From assembly GCA_035480055.1 (NCBI GenBank), contig DATIIB010000009.1, positions 277,068 through 341,067 on the forward strand: a stretch of 64,000 nucleotides of DNA, in the 5' to 3' direction. The DNA comes from Candidatus Saccharimonadales bacterium (lineage in GTDB: Bacteria; Patescibacteriota; Saccharimonadia; Saccharimonadales; DASZAF01). Under the pieces are notes generated by a model. The model was not told where the DNA came from, did not search any database, and saw nothing but the letters and a program-made list of their open reading frames with translations. Below, one piece after another: positions 29,477 through 37,920 of this stretch (within the stretch, counting starts at the first letter, position 1; the number at the start of each line of letters is the position of its first letter). Both the position numbers and the translations under genes were made by a program.

Positions 29477-29856
29477 TCCTCCCTTCCTCCATCTCCACGG
29501 GTCCTGTCCCCATCCTCCCACACACTCCTCACCCTTCCGTTTCCCAAAAGCAACGTAACCGTTTACTTCGTAAGCCGACATTGCTTTTGGGAGCCCTCGG
29601 AAGAGTGATGGCTGTCCTCGTTGTTGGTAATAGCGATATGTCTGTTGTTTGGAAATGGATCCTTAATAATCTTATCGCTCTACCGAGCGGAGGACAGTCC
29701 GCAACCACCTCCCATTCCAAGAGACTGTGTGAACACTCCCAAAGGGAGTGGATCTCTGTCTCAGGAATGGGATGGTGGTGAGGAGCGACCTGGGAAGATA
29801 GGCGAATCAGGGGGAGGAACCCGTGGAGATGGAGGGATGGTGAGGAGCGTGGAGGA
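29477..29856 (+). ncRNA. candidate large structured RNA of unknown class (long closing stem plus three long hairpins)
   Basis: 428 nt gap between convergent genes. By-eye pairings:
- 29486-29502 with 29819-29835 (17 bp, perfect).
- 29477-29482 with 29851-29856.
- 29525-29533 with 29777-29785.
- 29542-29553 with 29581-29592 (12 bp).
- 29610-29619 with 29690-29699.
- 29632-29638 with 29673-29679.
- 29705-29718 with 29764-29778.
- 29734-29740 with 29744-29750.
Internal G-U pairs (29485/29836, 29562/29574, 29611/29698) are only compatible with the plus strand. Confidence 0.55.
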
Positions 29857-29872
29857 ATAAGGTAAACGGGAG

Positions 29873-31357
29873 CTACTTCTTTACGACCTTCAAACTCGTT
29901 GAAGTAAGGCTATACGGCCGCGTGGTGCTGCTGCCAGCCGGCGCTTTAAAGATCGTGTACAATGTATCGCTGTCTTCGCTAAGAAGGGGATCAAGGCTCG
30001 GATCGGCACGCACCAGTGCCTGCTGATTGGTGCCATCAAAATCCCACACCTGTAGCTGATCGCCAATAACGCCCGCAATATGGAATGCGTCCAGCCAGGT
30101 CACAGGGAATTTATCATTGAGCGAATTGACTGTGTAACCAAACTTTTGTTGCTCATAAAAATCGTATATCCCCAGCTGCGTGCCTTGCTGCAGGAGCAAG
30201 AAGCGACTATCACCATTAAACTTCACCACATTTGGAGCGATCCCCGAAAACTGGGCGAAAGGATGCTGGCGATTGGCGGCATTGTCGATATCCTGATAAA
30301 TAGTGGTCGTTTGCTTGGTACGATCCGCAATAACGTAGTAATTATGGCCATCAAATTCGCTGTAATTGACCGTGATATCCTCGGCCGCTGGAACCAGCTG
30401 CAAGATAGTATCTTTGTCTTTGATGCGCATGCCCACTTCTTGTTGCTGCGCTGCGCTACTATCAGTTGTAGCCTTCAGGCGATGAAAAATGATAGTGCTA
30501 TCACCAAATAGCTCAAACTGCTCCACACCTGTCATTAGCGCGCCAGAGACCGTATTGGCGCCTATATCAAAGCGACGCAACACATCTTTGGTCCTGGCAT
30601 AAATAATGTTGGTATTGCCACCGCTAAAATGCGCATCATCAATGGTTAGGTCGAATTTTTTGCTCAGGTTTATCGCTTCACTCGGCTTGCTGCGGTCGAC
30701 GTGCAAGTATTCGGTAACGTTGCCATTCACATGCTTGATCAAAAACTGTTTGGAATCGAGTGACCATTCCACGAATTGGAGCTGGCCAAGTTGCCCATTA
30801 ACCTGCGTCAATTCAGTATCTGGAATGGTAAGCGTGGTGCTTTGGGTTTTGGCAGGATCTTTGACATCCACCAGCTCCAGCTTGTCTTTGTCCTGACCAC
30901 CAGGATTAACCAGCAGCCAACGTTTATCAGGCGAGATACGGGCAAAGCTGACTGCCTCGTAATCTTTGACCACTTTGGTCTCGAGGTTGGTAGGAATCAA
31001 ACGTGGATAATTAATCCAATGGACATGACCGGCCACAATATCGATCTGCTTTTGCCATGAACGATAGCCATCTTGATCCATCTCAATGCTATAGCTGCCG
31101 GCTGGAAGCGTTTGTTTGTCTGGAGTTAGGCTTTTATACGTTTTGCCATTTATTTTATAGTGCGCGTCCACTGGATGAGCCGCCAGCTGCAGTAGCCCTT
31201 CGCGAATAACACCATGCTGCGTCCGGTCAAAACGATAGCCCATGGCAAGCATAATGACAAGGGTAGTAAGCCCGAGAGTCGCCATGGTCATAATGCCGTA
31301 GGTGAAAAAACGGATTGCTCTTTTAAAACGCTTGGATTGAAAGTCAATTTGCAACAT
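29873..31357 (-). CDS. PEGA domain-containing membrane protein with C-terminal beta-propeller-like region
   Basis: 494 aa. N-terminal TM helix, then a PEGA-like segment (AHYKINGKTYKSLTPDKQTLPAGSYSIEMDQDGYRSWQKQIDI), then a repetitive beta-rich region. Confidence 0.7.
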   Translation of the reverse strand: MLQIDFQSKRFKRAIRFFTYGIMTMATLGLTTLVIMLAMGYRFDRTQHGVIREGLLQLAAHPVDAHYKINGKTYKSLTPDKQTLPAGSYSIEMDQDGYRSWQKQIDIVAGHVHWINYPRLIPTNLETKVVKDYEAVSFARISPDKRWLLVNPGGQDKDKLELVDVKDPAKTQSTTLTIPDTELTQVNGQLGQLQFVEWSLDSKQFLIKHVNGNVTEYLHVDRSKPSEAINLSKKFDLTIDDAHFSGGNTNIIYARTKDVLRRFDIGANTVSGALMTGVEQFELFGDSTIIFHRLKATTDSSAAQQQEVGMRIKDKDTILQLVPAAEDITVNYSEFDGHNYYVIADRTKQTTTIYQDIDNAANRQHPFAQFSGIAPNVVKFNGDSRFLLLQQGTQLGIYDFYEQQKFGYTVNSLNDKFPVTWLDAFHIAGVIGDQLQVWDFDGTNQQALVRADPSLDPLLSEDSDTLYTIFKAPAGSSTTRPYSLTSTSLKVVKK

Positions 31358-31465
31358 AATGAAAGTACTTCAAATTATAACGCACTTCGCTCTTGCAAGG
31401 GAGAGTAAATCCTTCTACCATAGGGCATAGCATAAGCACAAACAGTAGGCAGGGTAAAAAAGCGA

Positions 31466-32599
31466 ATGAAACAATCACACCAGAACCTTATTGTCATCAA
31501 TGGTCGCACCTACGACGCACGTTCTGGATTGATTGTAAAAAACGCCGCTCCTACGACGCAAAAAGTTTTTAGCGATGTCGCACGAGTTGCAACGCAGCAG
31601 AAGTTGCCCACTGCATCTTTAATCCAACGCCGCAGTGACGGCAAAGTTGTCACTGGCGCGCCAGTAAGTACCTCGCACCTGGCCACTCGCCAGCATGTTG
31701 CTGCCAAAGCGGTGCACCGTGCGCCGCAAAAAACCCACACCCTCCTTCGCAGTGGCTTGCGCCGCCCGCAAGTAGATATTACTCCGCACAAAGCAGCGGC
31801 ACATCCTCGAGTCGGCGAGCGGAATGCTGCGCAAATTGCTCGTGAAGTTCGCTCCCAATCGATCGCAAAACCGCAGAGCGTCAGTCGTTTTTCTGCCACA
31901 CCTGCTCCGGTGCAGCCGCCAGCGGCGCCCAAAGAGCCTGCTGCCAAGCCATCGATTGCCTTAGCACAGCTGCAGCATCAGCGACTTCAAGCCACTCAAG
32001 CTCGTCAAGCCGAGCAACATCAGTCAGCGCTCACCGGCACAGAACTCAAAGAGCACCTCATTCAAGAACGCATTGCCGAGGCACCCGCCACTCGAGAAGA
32101 TAAATTCCAAGCGCACCAAAGCCGACTTAACTCTTTTTTTGCTAAGCAGCCGCGTTTACTAACCGCAGTTGCGGGCGCAGTCGGTGTATTGTTGCTGATC
32201 GGCTATGTGACCTACCTTAACTTGCCAGGTATTTCCATGCGAGTAGCCGCAAATCGAGCCGGCTTTGCAGCCACCATGCCAGGCTACAAACCTTCTGGCT
32301 ACAGCTTGAGTGGTCCTGTGGCGTATTCGCCTGGGCAGATTAGCCTCAAATTTGCGAGCAATACTAGCGCAAACAAATACAACCTCACCCAAAAGCAATC
32401 CGGATGGGACAGTCAGGCGCTTCTCGACAACTACGTCTCCAAGCAAACCGATAATTATTTGACCTACCAAGAAAAAGGCCTGACCATTTACATGTACGAC
32501 GGCAAGGCTGCTTGGGTAAACGGCGGCGTGTGGTACAGCATTGACGGCAACGCTAATTTATCCAGCGACCAGATCCTGAACATCGCGACAAGCATGTAG
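31466..32599 (+). CDS. hypothetical membrane-anchored protein with DUF4367-like C-terminal domain
   Basis: 377 aa. Basic/Ala-Pro-rich N-terminal half, TM helix LLTAVAGAVGVLLLIGYV, and C-terminal ...AAWVNGGVWYSIDGNANLSSDQILNIATSM typical of DUF4367. Confidence 0.6.
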   Translation: MKQSHQNLIVINGRTYDARSGLIVKNAAPTTQKVFSDVARVATQQKLPTASLIQRRSDGKVVTGAPVSTSHLATRQHVAAKAVHRAPQKTHTLLRSGLRRPQVDITPHKAAAHPRVGERNAAQIAREVRSQSIAKPQSVSRFSATPAPVQPPAAPKEPAAKPSIALAQLQHQRLQATQARQAEQHQSALTGTELKEHLIQERIAEAPATREDKFQAHQSRLNSFFAKQPRLLTAVAGAVGVLLLIGYVTYLNLPGISMRVAANRAGFAATMPGYKPSGYSLSGPVAYSPGQISLKFASNTSANKYNLTQKQSGWDSQALLDNYVSKQTDNYLTYQEKGLTIYMYDGKAAWVNGGVWYSIDGNANLSSDQILNIATSM

Positions 32600-32656
32600 C
32601 GACGCACGACCGACTACTTGCCATTTCCCCTGTAAAACTCTACACTTTAAAGAATT

Positions 32657-34072
32657 ATGACCGTCCGTACTCGCTTTGCTCCTAGTCCAACCGGCGCGCT
32701 CCACAGCGGAGTTGTCCGTACCGCTTTATTTTCTTGGCTGCTCGCCAAGCAAAACGGCGGGCAGTTTTTGCTGCGCATTGAAGACACTGACCAAAAGCGC
32801 GAAGTCGCTGGCGGCACCGAAAACATCAAAGAAAGCTTGCGCTGGCTTGGGCTTGATTGGGATGAAGGCCCCGACATTGGCGGCCCTTACGCGCCCTACA
32901 TTCAATCTCAACGCCTCGATATTTACAAAAAATATGCGCAGGAATTAGTGGACAAAGGCTTGGCCTACGCCGACCCATACTCGACAGAAGAGTTACAGGC
33001 CTTGCGTGAAAAAGCCCAAGCCGAGAAGCGTCCGTTTCTGTACCGCGACCATCGTCCCGAAAACCCACCGGCCTGGGACGGCAGCCAAGCCTTACGAATC
33101 AAACTTGAGCCCAAAGCTTGGAGCTGGCAAGATGCTGTGATGGGGGAGGTGAAGCTAGGTCCAGAAATGATCGATGATTATATCATCATCAAAGCCGACG
33201 GCTTTCCCACCTACAACTTTTGTCACATCATCGACGACCATATTATGCAGATTTCGCACGTCATGCGCAGTCAAGAATTTATCAGCAGCGTGCCAAAATT
33301 CTTGGCCACTCACGAGCTGCTCGGTTGGGAATCACCCATCAACGCGATTCTACCGCAAGTGATGGACGAAACCGGCAAGCGCAAACTCAGCAAACGAAGT
33401 GGCGCCAAAGCGGTCTTGGAATATCGCGACATGGGTATTTTGCCCAGCGCGATGCTGAACTTTCTTGCCCGCATTGGCTGGAATGACGGAACTGAACAAG
33501 AGATTTACACCGTTGACGAACTGATTGCCAAATTCGATTTGCACCGCGTGCAAAAGAGCGGAGGCATTTTTGACGAGCAGCAACTGCTGTGGCTGAATGG
33601 TCATCACATCCGCCGCCTGAGCCTGGACGAACTCTTTACTAAAGTGGCCTCCTTTTGGCCAGCAAGCGCCGCAAACTACGACGATGCCTACAAAAAGTCA
33701 GTCCTGGCCCTGGTTCAGGAACGGCTTAAATTCTTTGCCGAATTGCCAGAGTTGACCGAGTTTTTCTTTAGCGAGCCCACACCCAACGAAGCAGTTTTTT
33801 TGCAGTCCAAACAAACCAAAAAGGTGAACGAGAAAGACCGCCGACGTATCTTACAGGCCGCCCTCGAAGCGCTGCAGCAAAGCGACTTCAGCGAGGCAGA
33901 CCTCGAGAATCGGCTGCGCGAGCTGGTGGAAAAACTCGAATCCAAACCAGGCATTGTCTTTGGCCTGATCCGCATTGCCATCACCGGCTCGACCATCGCA
34001 CCGGGACTGTTTGAAACCATGCGCGTGCTCGGCCGTGACCGCGTGCTGCAACGCATGCAATCTTGGCTCTAG
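32657..34072 (+). CDS. gltX: glutamate--tRNA ligase
   Basis: 471 aa. RTRFAPSPTGALHSG (HIGH region), RIEDTD and KLSKRSG (KMSKS). Confidence 0.95.
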   Translation: MTVRTRFAPSPTGALHSGVVRTALFSWLLAKQNGGQFLLRIEDTDQKREVAGGTENIKESLRWLGLDWDEGPDIGGPYAPYIQSQRLDIYKKYAQELVDKGLAYADPYSTEELQALREKAQAEKRPFLYRDHRPENPPAWDGSQALRIKLEPKAWSWQDAVMGEVKLGPEMIDDYIIIKADGFPTYNFCHIIDDHIMQISHVMRSQEFISSVPKFLATHELLGWESPINAILPQVMDETGKRKLSKRSGAKAVLEYRDMGILPSAMLNFLARIGWNDGTEQEIYTVDELIAKFDLHRVQKSGGIFDEQQLLWLNGHHIRRLSLDELFTKVASFWPASAANYDDAYKKSVLALVQERLKFFAELPELTEFFFSEPTPNEAVFLQSKQTKKVNEKDRRRILQAALEALQQSDFSEADLENRLRELVEKLESKPGIVFGLIRIAITGSTIAPGLFETMRVLGRDRVLQRMQSWL

Positions 34073-34121
34073 GCTGGACATAGTCTAGCTCATATTCCCA
34101 GTCAAAGATGTTATACTGCTT

Positions 34122-35246
34122 ATGTATATGTTTCGACGCCGCCTCTACGCTGGCCAATCCTTTGGACATTCCCATCGAGTCCGAAGCTGGATCCGGCACC
34201 ACAAAAAAATTGCCATCCCTGGCGCAGTCATTTTCGTGCTGCTGCTCGGTGTGGGCGGCTTTGCGGTTTTTAAACTGACGCACAAAAAAGCCCCACCCGC
34301 GGCGCCGGTTGCTAAGAAAGAAACACCGAAACCCGCAGCAGCTCCGGCACCACTGGTCTACCATTCACCGCTGACTGGTTTGGAAGTTACCAAAGATCAA
34401 AGTGAACGCCCAGTCACCGGCATTATGATCGAAAACAGCCCAGACGCCAGGCCACAATCTGGCATGATCGACGCTGGCGTGGTGTTTGAAGCCATTGCCG
34501 AAGGCGGTATCACCAGGTTCTTAACTTTATTCCAAGAAAAAGGCCCGACGCTGGTTGGCCCAGTTCGCAGCGTACGCTCATATTACGTTGACTGGCTCGG
34601 CGCATTCGATGCCGGTATTGCTCATGTTGGCGGCAGTGCCGCGGCTCTGCAAACCGTACGCGGTGGGGGATTTAAAGATCTGGACCAATTCTTTAATGGC
34701 GGGTACTACTGGCGAGCTACTGACCGTTACGCGCCGCACAATGTCTACACCAGCTTTGAAAAACTGAATGCGCTCAACCAAGCCAAAGGCTACACGCATA
34801 GCAACTTTACCGGTTTTCCGCGCAAAGCCGAAGCGGCCTCTGCCACGCCAAACGCGACTAAAATCCAGATTAATATCTCCAGTGGGCTGTACGATTCCAC
34901 CTATGCGTACGACAAATCATCCAACACGTACCTCCGCAGCGAAGGTGGCGCGCCGCACATTGACCGCGAGAGCAAGCAGCAGCTTCACCCCAAAGTGGTG
35001 ATCGCCATGAAGGTCCAAGAATCGACGGTGCTCGAAGACGGCTACCGCGAAAACATCAATGCTATCGGCAATGGCGACTGTTGGGTTTTTCAAGACGGCA
35101 ACGTCCAACATGGCACCTGGCAGAAAGCCGGAATACATGACCAGATCATCTTTAAAGATGATAACAACAGCTCTCTCAAACTCAACCCAGGACAAACCTG
35201 GATTGCGGCAGTACCCAATGCGCAATCGGTAACGTGGCAGCCATGA
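34122..35246 (+). CDS. DUF3048 domain-containing protein (YerB-like)
   Basis: 374 aa. N-terminal TM helix. PVTGIMIENSPDARPQSGMIDAGVVFEAIAEGGITRFLTLF matches the DUF3048 signature. Confidence 0.8.
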   Translation: MYMFRRRLYAGQSFGHSHRVRSWIRHHKKIAIPGAVIFVLLLGVGGFAVFKLTHKKAPPAAPVAKKETPKPAAAPAPLVYHSPLTGLEVTKDQSERPVTGIMIENSPDARPQSGMIDAGVVFEAIAEGGITRFLTLFQEKGPTLVGPVRSVRSYYVDWLGAFDAGIAHVGGSAAALQTVRGGGFKDLDQFFNGGYYWRATDRYAPHNVYTSFEKLNALNQAKGYTHSNFTGFPRKAEAASATPNATKIQINISSGLYDSTYAYDKSSNTYLRSEGGAPHIDRESKQQLHPKVVIAMKVQESTVLEDGYRENINAIGNGDCWVFQDGNVQHGTWQKAGIHDQIIFKDDNNSSLKLNPGQTWIAAVPNAQSVTWQP

Positions 35247-36799
35247 TTAGGGAATTCCTTCGTCGCTTCGAGATCAATGCTACCGCCAGCATCATTATCT
35301 TTCAGACCGTGCTGGCTGGCCTGACGGCGCTCATTCTGCTGACATTTTTGCGCGACGAAGACGATCCAGTTACCATTATTCTTACCGCTCTTGGTCTGGG
35401 GTTAGCGATCGAAATTGTCATGGCACCCATTTTTGTCCGCGTGCTCGGACGCCCATTCCGGATTCTGGCGCAGGCCATTATGCACGTGGCCAAAGAATCA
35501 TCAGACACGCCGCCGCCCAATGTCAACAATCCCAACGACGAACGCAGTGGACTTAAATCGATCGTTCAAACCATTTACGAATTGGTGGCCACCATTCCCA
35601 CCACCCCTCAAGGCGATGTCAACTTTGCCGATGCCAGCACTTTTGCATTGCCGCTGCTCGAAAAATTGCCCGTGGGTATTTTGGTGTTTAACCGCCAAGA
35701 GCAACTGGTTTACGCCAACCAGCTGAGCACTGAGCTTTTTTCTGCCTTCTCCGAAGCCAATGCGGTGCACAATTTGCAAGATGTGCACCTCTTTTTCCCA
35801 GAGTACGACAGCCTCGCAACATGGCTCACCAAATGCCGCCAAGATAAAATCCAGGACATGCGCCTATGGCAGCGGGTGGGAAGCAAACCGCTCAGCGAAG
35901 GCGAAGAGGATCGAAAGCTGTTCGACGTCATCGCCCATTACAACAAACACGAATCGCACCAGATCGAAACCATCCTGATCGTTATTGACCGCACCCAAGA
36001 ATATGTCGGCGACGAAGAAGCCATGGACTTTATCGCCTTGGCGGCGCACGAACTTCGCGGGCCAATCACCATTATCCGCGGCTACCTGGATGTGCTCGAG
36101 CAAGAATTGGATCAAAAAATTAGCGCAGACGAACGCATGATGATGGAACGCCTGCTCGTTTCGGCTGCCCAACTGTCTGGCTATATCAATAATATTCTGA
36201 ATGTCGCTCGCTTTGACCGCAACCACTTGCAGCTCCACTTGCGCGAAGAAAACTGGGCGCAGCTGATGTTGGCCAGCTATCTACCAGATCTGGAAATGCG
36301 TGCTCGCGCTCATAATCGCCACCTTACGGTCAAGATTCCAGACAATTTGCCGACCGTTGCTGCCGATGGCATTAGTCTGCAAGAAGTGGTCACCAACCTG
36401 GTAGACAATGCGATCAAATACAGCAAGGACGGCGGGGAGATCATTATCACCGCATACCTTGACGGCGATTTTGTAGAAACCACCGTGCAAGACTTTGGCA
36501 TCGGCATTCCAGAATCAGTGGTGCCACGCCTCTTTACCAAGTTTTATCGTTCGCATCGGAGCCGCCAACAGGTGACGGGTACCGGACTCGGGTTATACCT
36601 ATGCAAGGCCATTATGGAATCGCATGGTGGAAGCATCTGGGTTAGGTCAGCGGAAGGGGAGGGCAGTGTCTTTGGCTTCCGCTTGCCCACCTACGCCTCG
36701 GTTGCGACCACGATGCAAAAAGACGATAATAGTAACGAAGCAATGATAATTAAGGGGTCACATGGCTGGATCAAAAACCATTCTTATTATCGAAGATGA
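35243..36799 (+). CDS. sensor histidine kinase
   Basis: ORF 35234..36799. The ATG at 35243 overlaps the upstream stop (ATGA). H-box AAHELRGPIT, N-box NLVDNAIKYS, and G-boxes DFGIGIP and GTGLGL. Confidence 0.9.
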   Translation: MIREFLRRFEINATASIIIFQTVLAGLTALILLTFLRDEDDPVTIILTALGLGLAIEIVMAPIFVRVLGRPFRILAQAIMHVAKESSDTPPPNVNNPNDERSGLKSIVQTIYELVATIPTTPQGDVNFADASTFALPLLEKLPVGILVFNRQEQLVYANQLSTELFSAFSEANAVHNLQDVHLFFPEYDSLATWLTKCRQDKIQDMRLWQRVGSKPLSEGEEDRKLFDVIAHYNKHESHQIETILIVIDRTQEYVGDEEAMDFIALAAHELRGPITIIRGYLDVLEQELDQKISADERMMMERLLVSAAQLSGYINNILNVARFDRNHLQLHLREENWAQLMLASYLPDLEMRARAHNRHLTVKIPDNLPTVAADGISLQEVVTNLVDNAIKYSKDGGEIIITAYLDGDFVETTVQDFGIGIPESVVPRLFTKFYRSHRSRQQVTGTGLGLYLCKAIMESHGGSIWVRSAEGEGSVFGFRLPTYASVATTMQKDDNSNEAMIIKGSHGWIKNHSYYRR

Positions 36800-37178
36800 T
36801 CGCTTTATCAGCGAAATGTACGCGCGAAGTCTCCGCCACGCTGGCTACGCGGTAGATGTGGCGGTTACCGGTCAGGACGGTATTAATGCCGCGTTGCAAA
36901 AGCGCTACGACGTTATTTTGCTCGATATTATGCTACCCGAGAAGCAAGGCAAGGAAGTATTGCAAGAGTTAAAGAGCTACAACGCGCCCACTTTGACCGA
37001 CACGCGCATTATCATCATGACCAACTTCGACCAAGATGAACTGTCGCGTTCGCTCATGCAAAGCCAAGCCGATGGCTATTTAATTAAGGCCGACATTACT
37101 CCACGCAAATTGGTGGACATCATTAATTCGCTTTTTACCGCGCCACCTGCTGCGCCGACGCCAGCACCGTCCCAGTAA
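36762..37178 (+). CDS. stand-alone response regulator receiver protein (CheY-like)
   Basis: 138 aa. ILIIEDD, LLDIMLP and K in YLIKAD. No output domain, only a Pro/Ala tail. AAGGGG RBS upstream. Confidence 0.85.
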   Translation: MAGSKTILIIEDDRFISEMYARSLRHAGYAVDVAVTGQDGINAALQKRYDVILLDIMLPEKQGKEVLQELKSYNAPTLTDTRIIIMTNFDQDELSRSLMQSQADGYLIKADITPRKLVDIINSLFTAPPAAPTPAPSQ

Positions 37179-37857
37179 ACTTCGCACCTTCCAGGTAGTT
37201 TTGGAGGTTTTCGATCGAGCCATTCATCACAACCACTTTGGTGTGCAGTTCTGCAGCTTTTTTGGCGGCGATTGGGTCAAATGGCGTACTCAGCCCAGGC
37301 GTCCACACCTCGCCAACCATACCGCGATAGGTCTCCCAGTCCAAATGGTCGAGGGGTTTGGCGTCTTTGGCAAGCTTGGGATCTTTGTCATACACCTGCG
37401 TAATGTTACTGAGGTTAATCACCGTAGCCACTTTATAATCTTCAGCCAAGAGCACCGCAATGTAATCTGTTGACCAGCCAGGTTTCCAGCCAGCAGCAAC
37501 CACCACTGGCTCACTAATTTTTTGTATCACATTAAAGTCCTTGATGATGCGCGGGTAGGCGATATCACGAAAAATCGTTCGTACCAAATGTGCATTCAAG
37601 CGAGTACTATGGATTCCCAACCAATCCAAATCATCGGCGGGCAGCTCATGCCCAACGACTTCTTGGCCAGCTTGTTGATACTCCCGCGCGGTATAGCCGC
37701 CGCCAGTCACCAGAAAAAACTGGCGCTGAGGATGCGCAGCAAGCTGCTCGCGAATCAGCTCACCAAAACTACTTAAAAAGGCGGTATCAATACCGCCCGG
37801 AGGAACAATTAATGAGCCGCCGACAGATATAATGAATCGTTCTTTGGACTCGTGCAT
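37135..37857 (-). CDS. pyrH: UMP kinase (amino-acid kinase family, archaeal-like short form)
   Basis: 240 aa. FIISVGGSL, LVTGGGYTAREY and a pattern consistent with uridylate kinase. Its last 44 nt overlap the convergent receiver gene. Confidence 0.75.
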   Translation of the reverse strand: MHESKERFIISVGGSLIVPPGGIDTAFLSSFGELIREQLAAHPQRQFFLVTGGGYTAREYQQAGQEVVGHELPADDLDWLGIHSTRLNAHLVRTIFRDIAYPRIIKDFNVIQKISEPVVVAAGWKPGWSTDYIAVLLAEDYKVATVINLSNITQVYDKDPKLAKDAKPLDHLDWETYRGMVGEVWTPGLSTPFDPIAAKKAAELHTKVVVMNGSIENLQNYLEGAKFTGTVLASAQQVAR

Positions 37858-37865
37858 TGCTTTGC

Positions 37866-37894
37866 ATTGTAGGGGAGTGTCGAAAGTTTATCAA
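37866..37894 (-). promoter_or_regulatory. near-consensus promoter of pyrH (TTGATA-17-TACAAT)
   Basis: Minus strand reads cTTGATAaactttcgacactccccTACAATgcaaagcaATG. The -10 ends 8 nt before the start codon. Confidence 0.6.
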
Positions 37895-37920
37895 GAGCTA
37901 TGAGCAGCATCGAGCAGCTC

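Noticed and set aside
29686-29702. GGAGGACAGUCCGC string resembling the RNase P CR-I motif GAGGAAAGUCCGG
   Set aside because: It lies mid-molecule and pairs locally with 29610-29619. No P4 partner (..CCGGCUUA-like) or other RNase P conserved regions were found, and the overall architecture of three simple hairpins does not fit type A or type B RNase P.
29467-29781. 104 aa ORF (GTG start) covering most of the structured intergenic element
   Set aside because: It has no RBS or promoter-proximal ATG. Its Pro/Ser/Trp-rich composition is implausible. The reading frame coincides with extensive base-paired arms, so the sequence is better explained as RNA structure.
37135-37178. 44 nt convergent overlap between the receiver gene and pyrH as a possible antisense regulatory feature
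   Set aside because: It is more simply explained by a low-complexity Pro/Ala tail on the receiver running until the first stop. There is no structural or sequence signal beyond the overlap itself.
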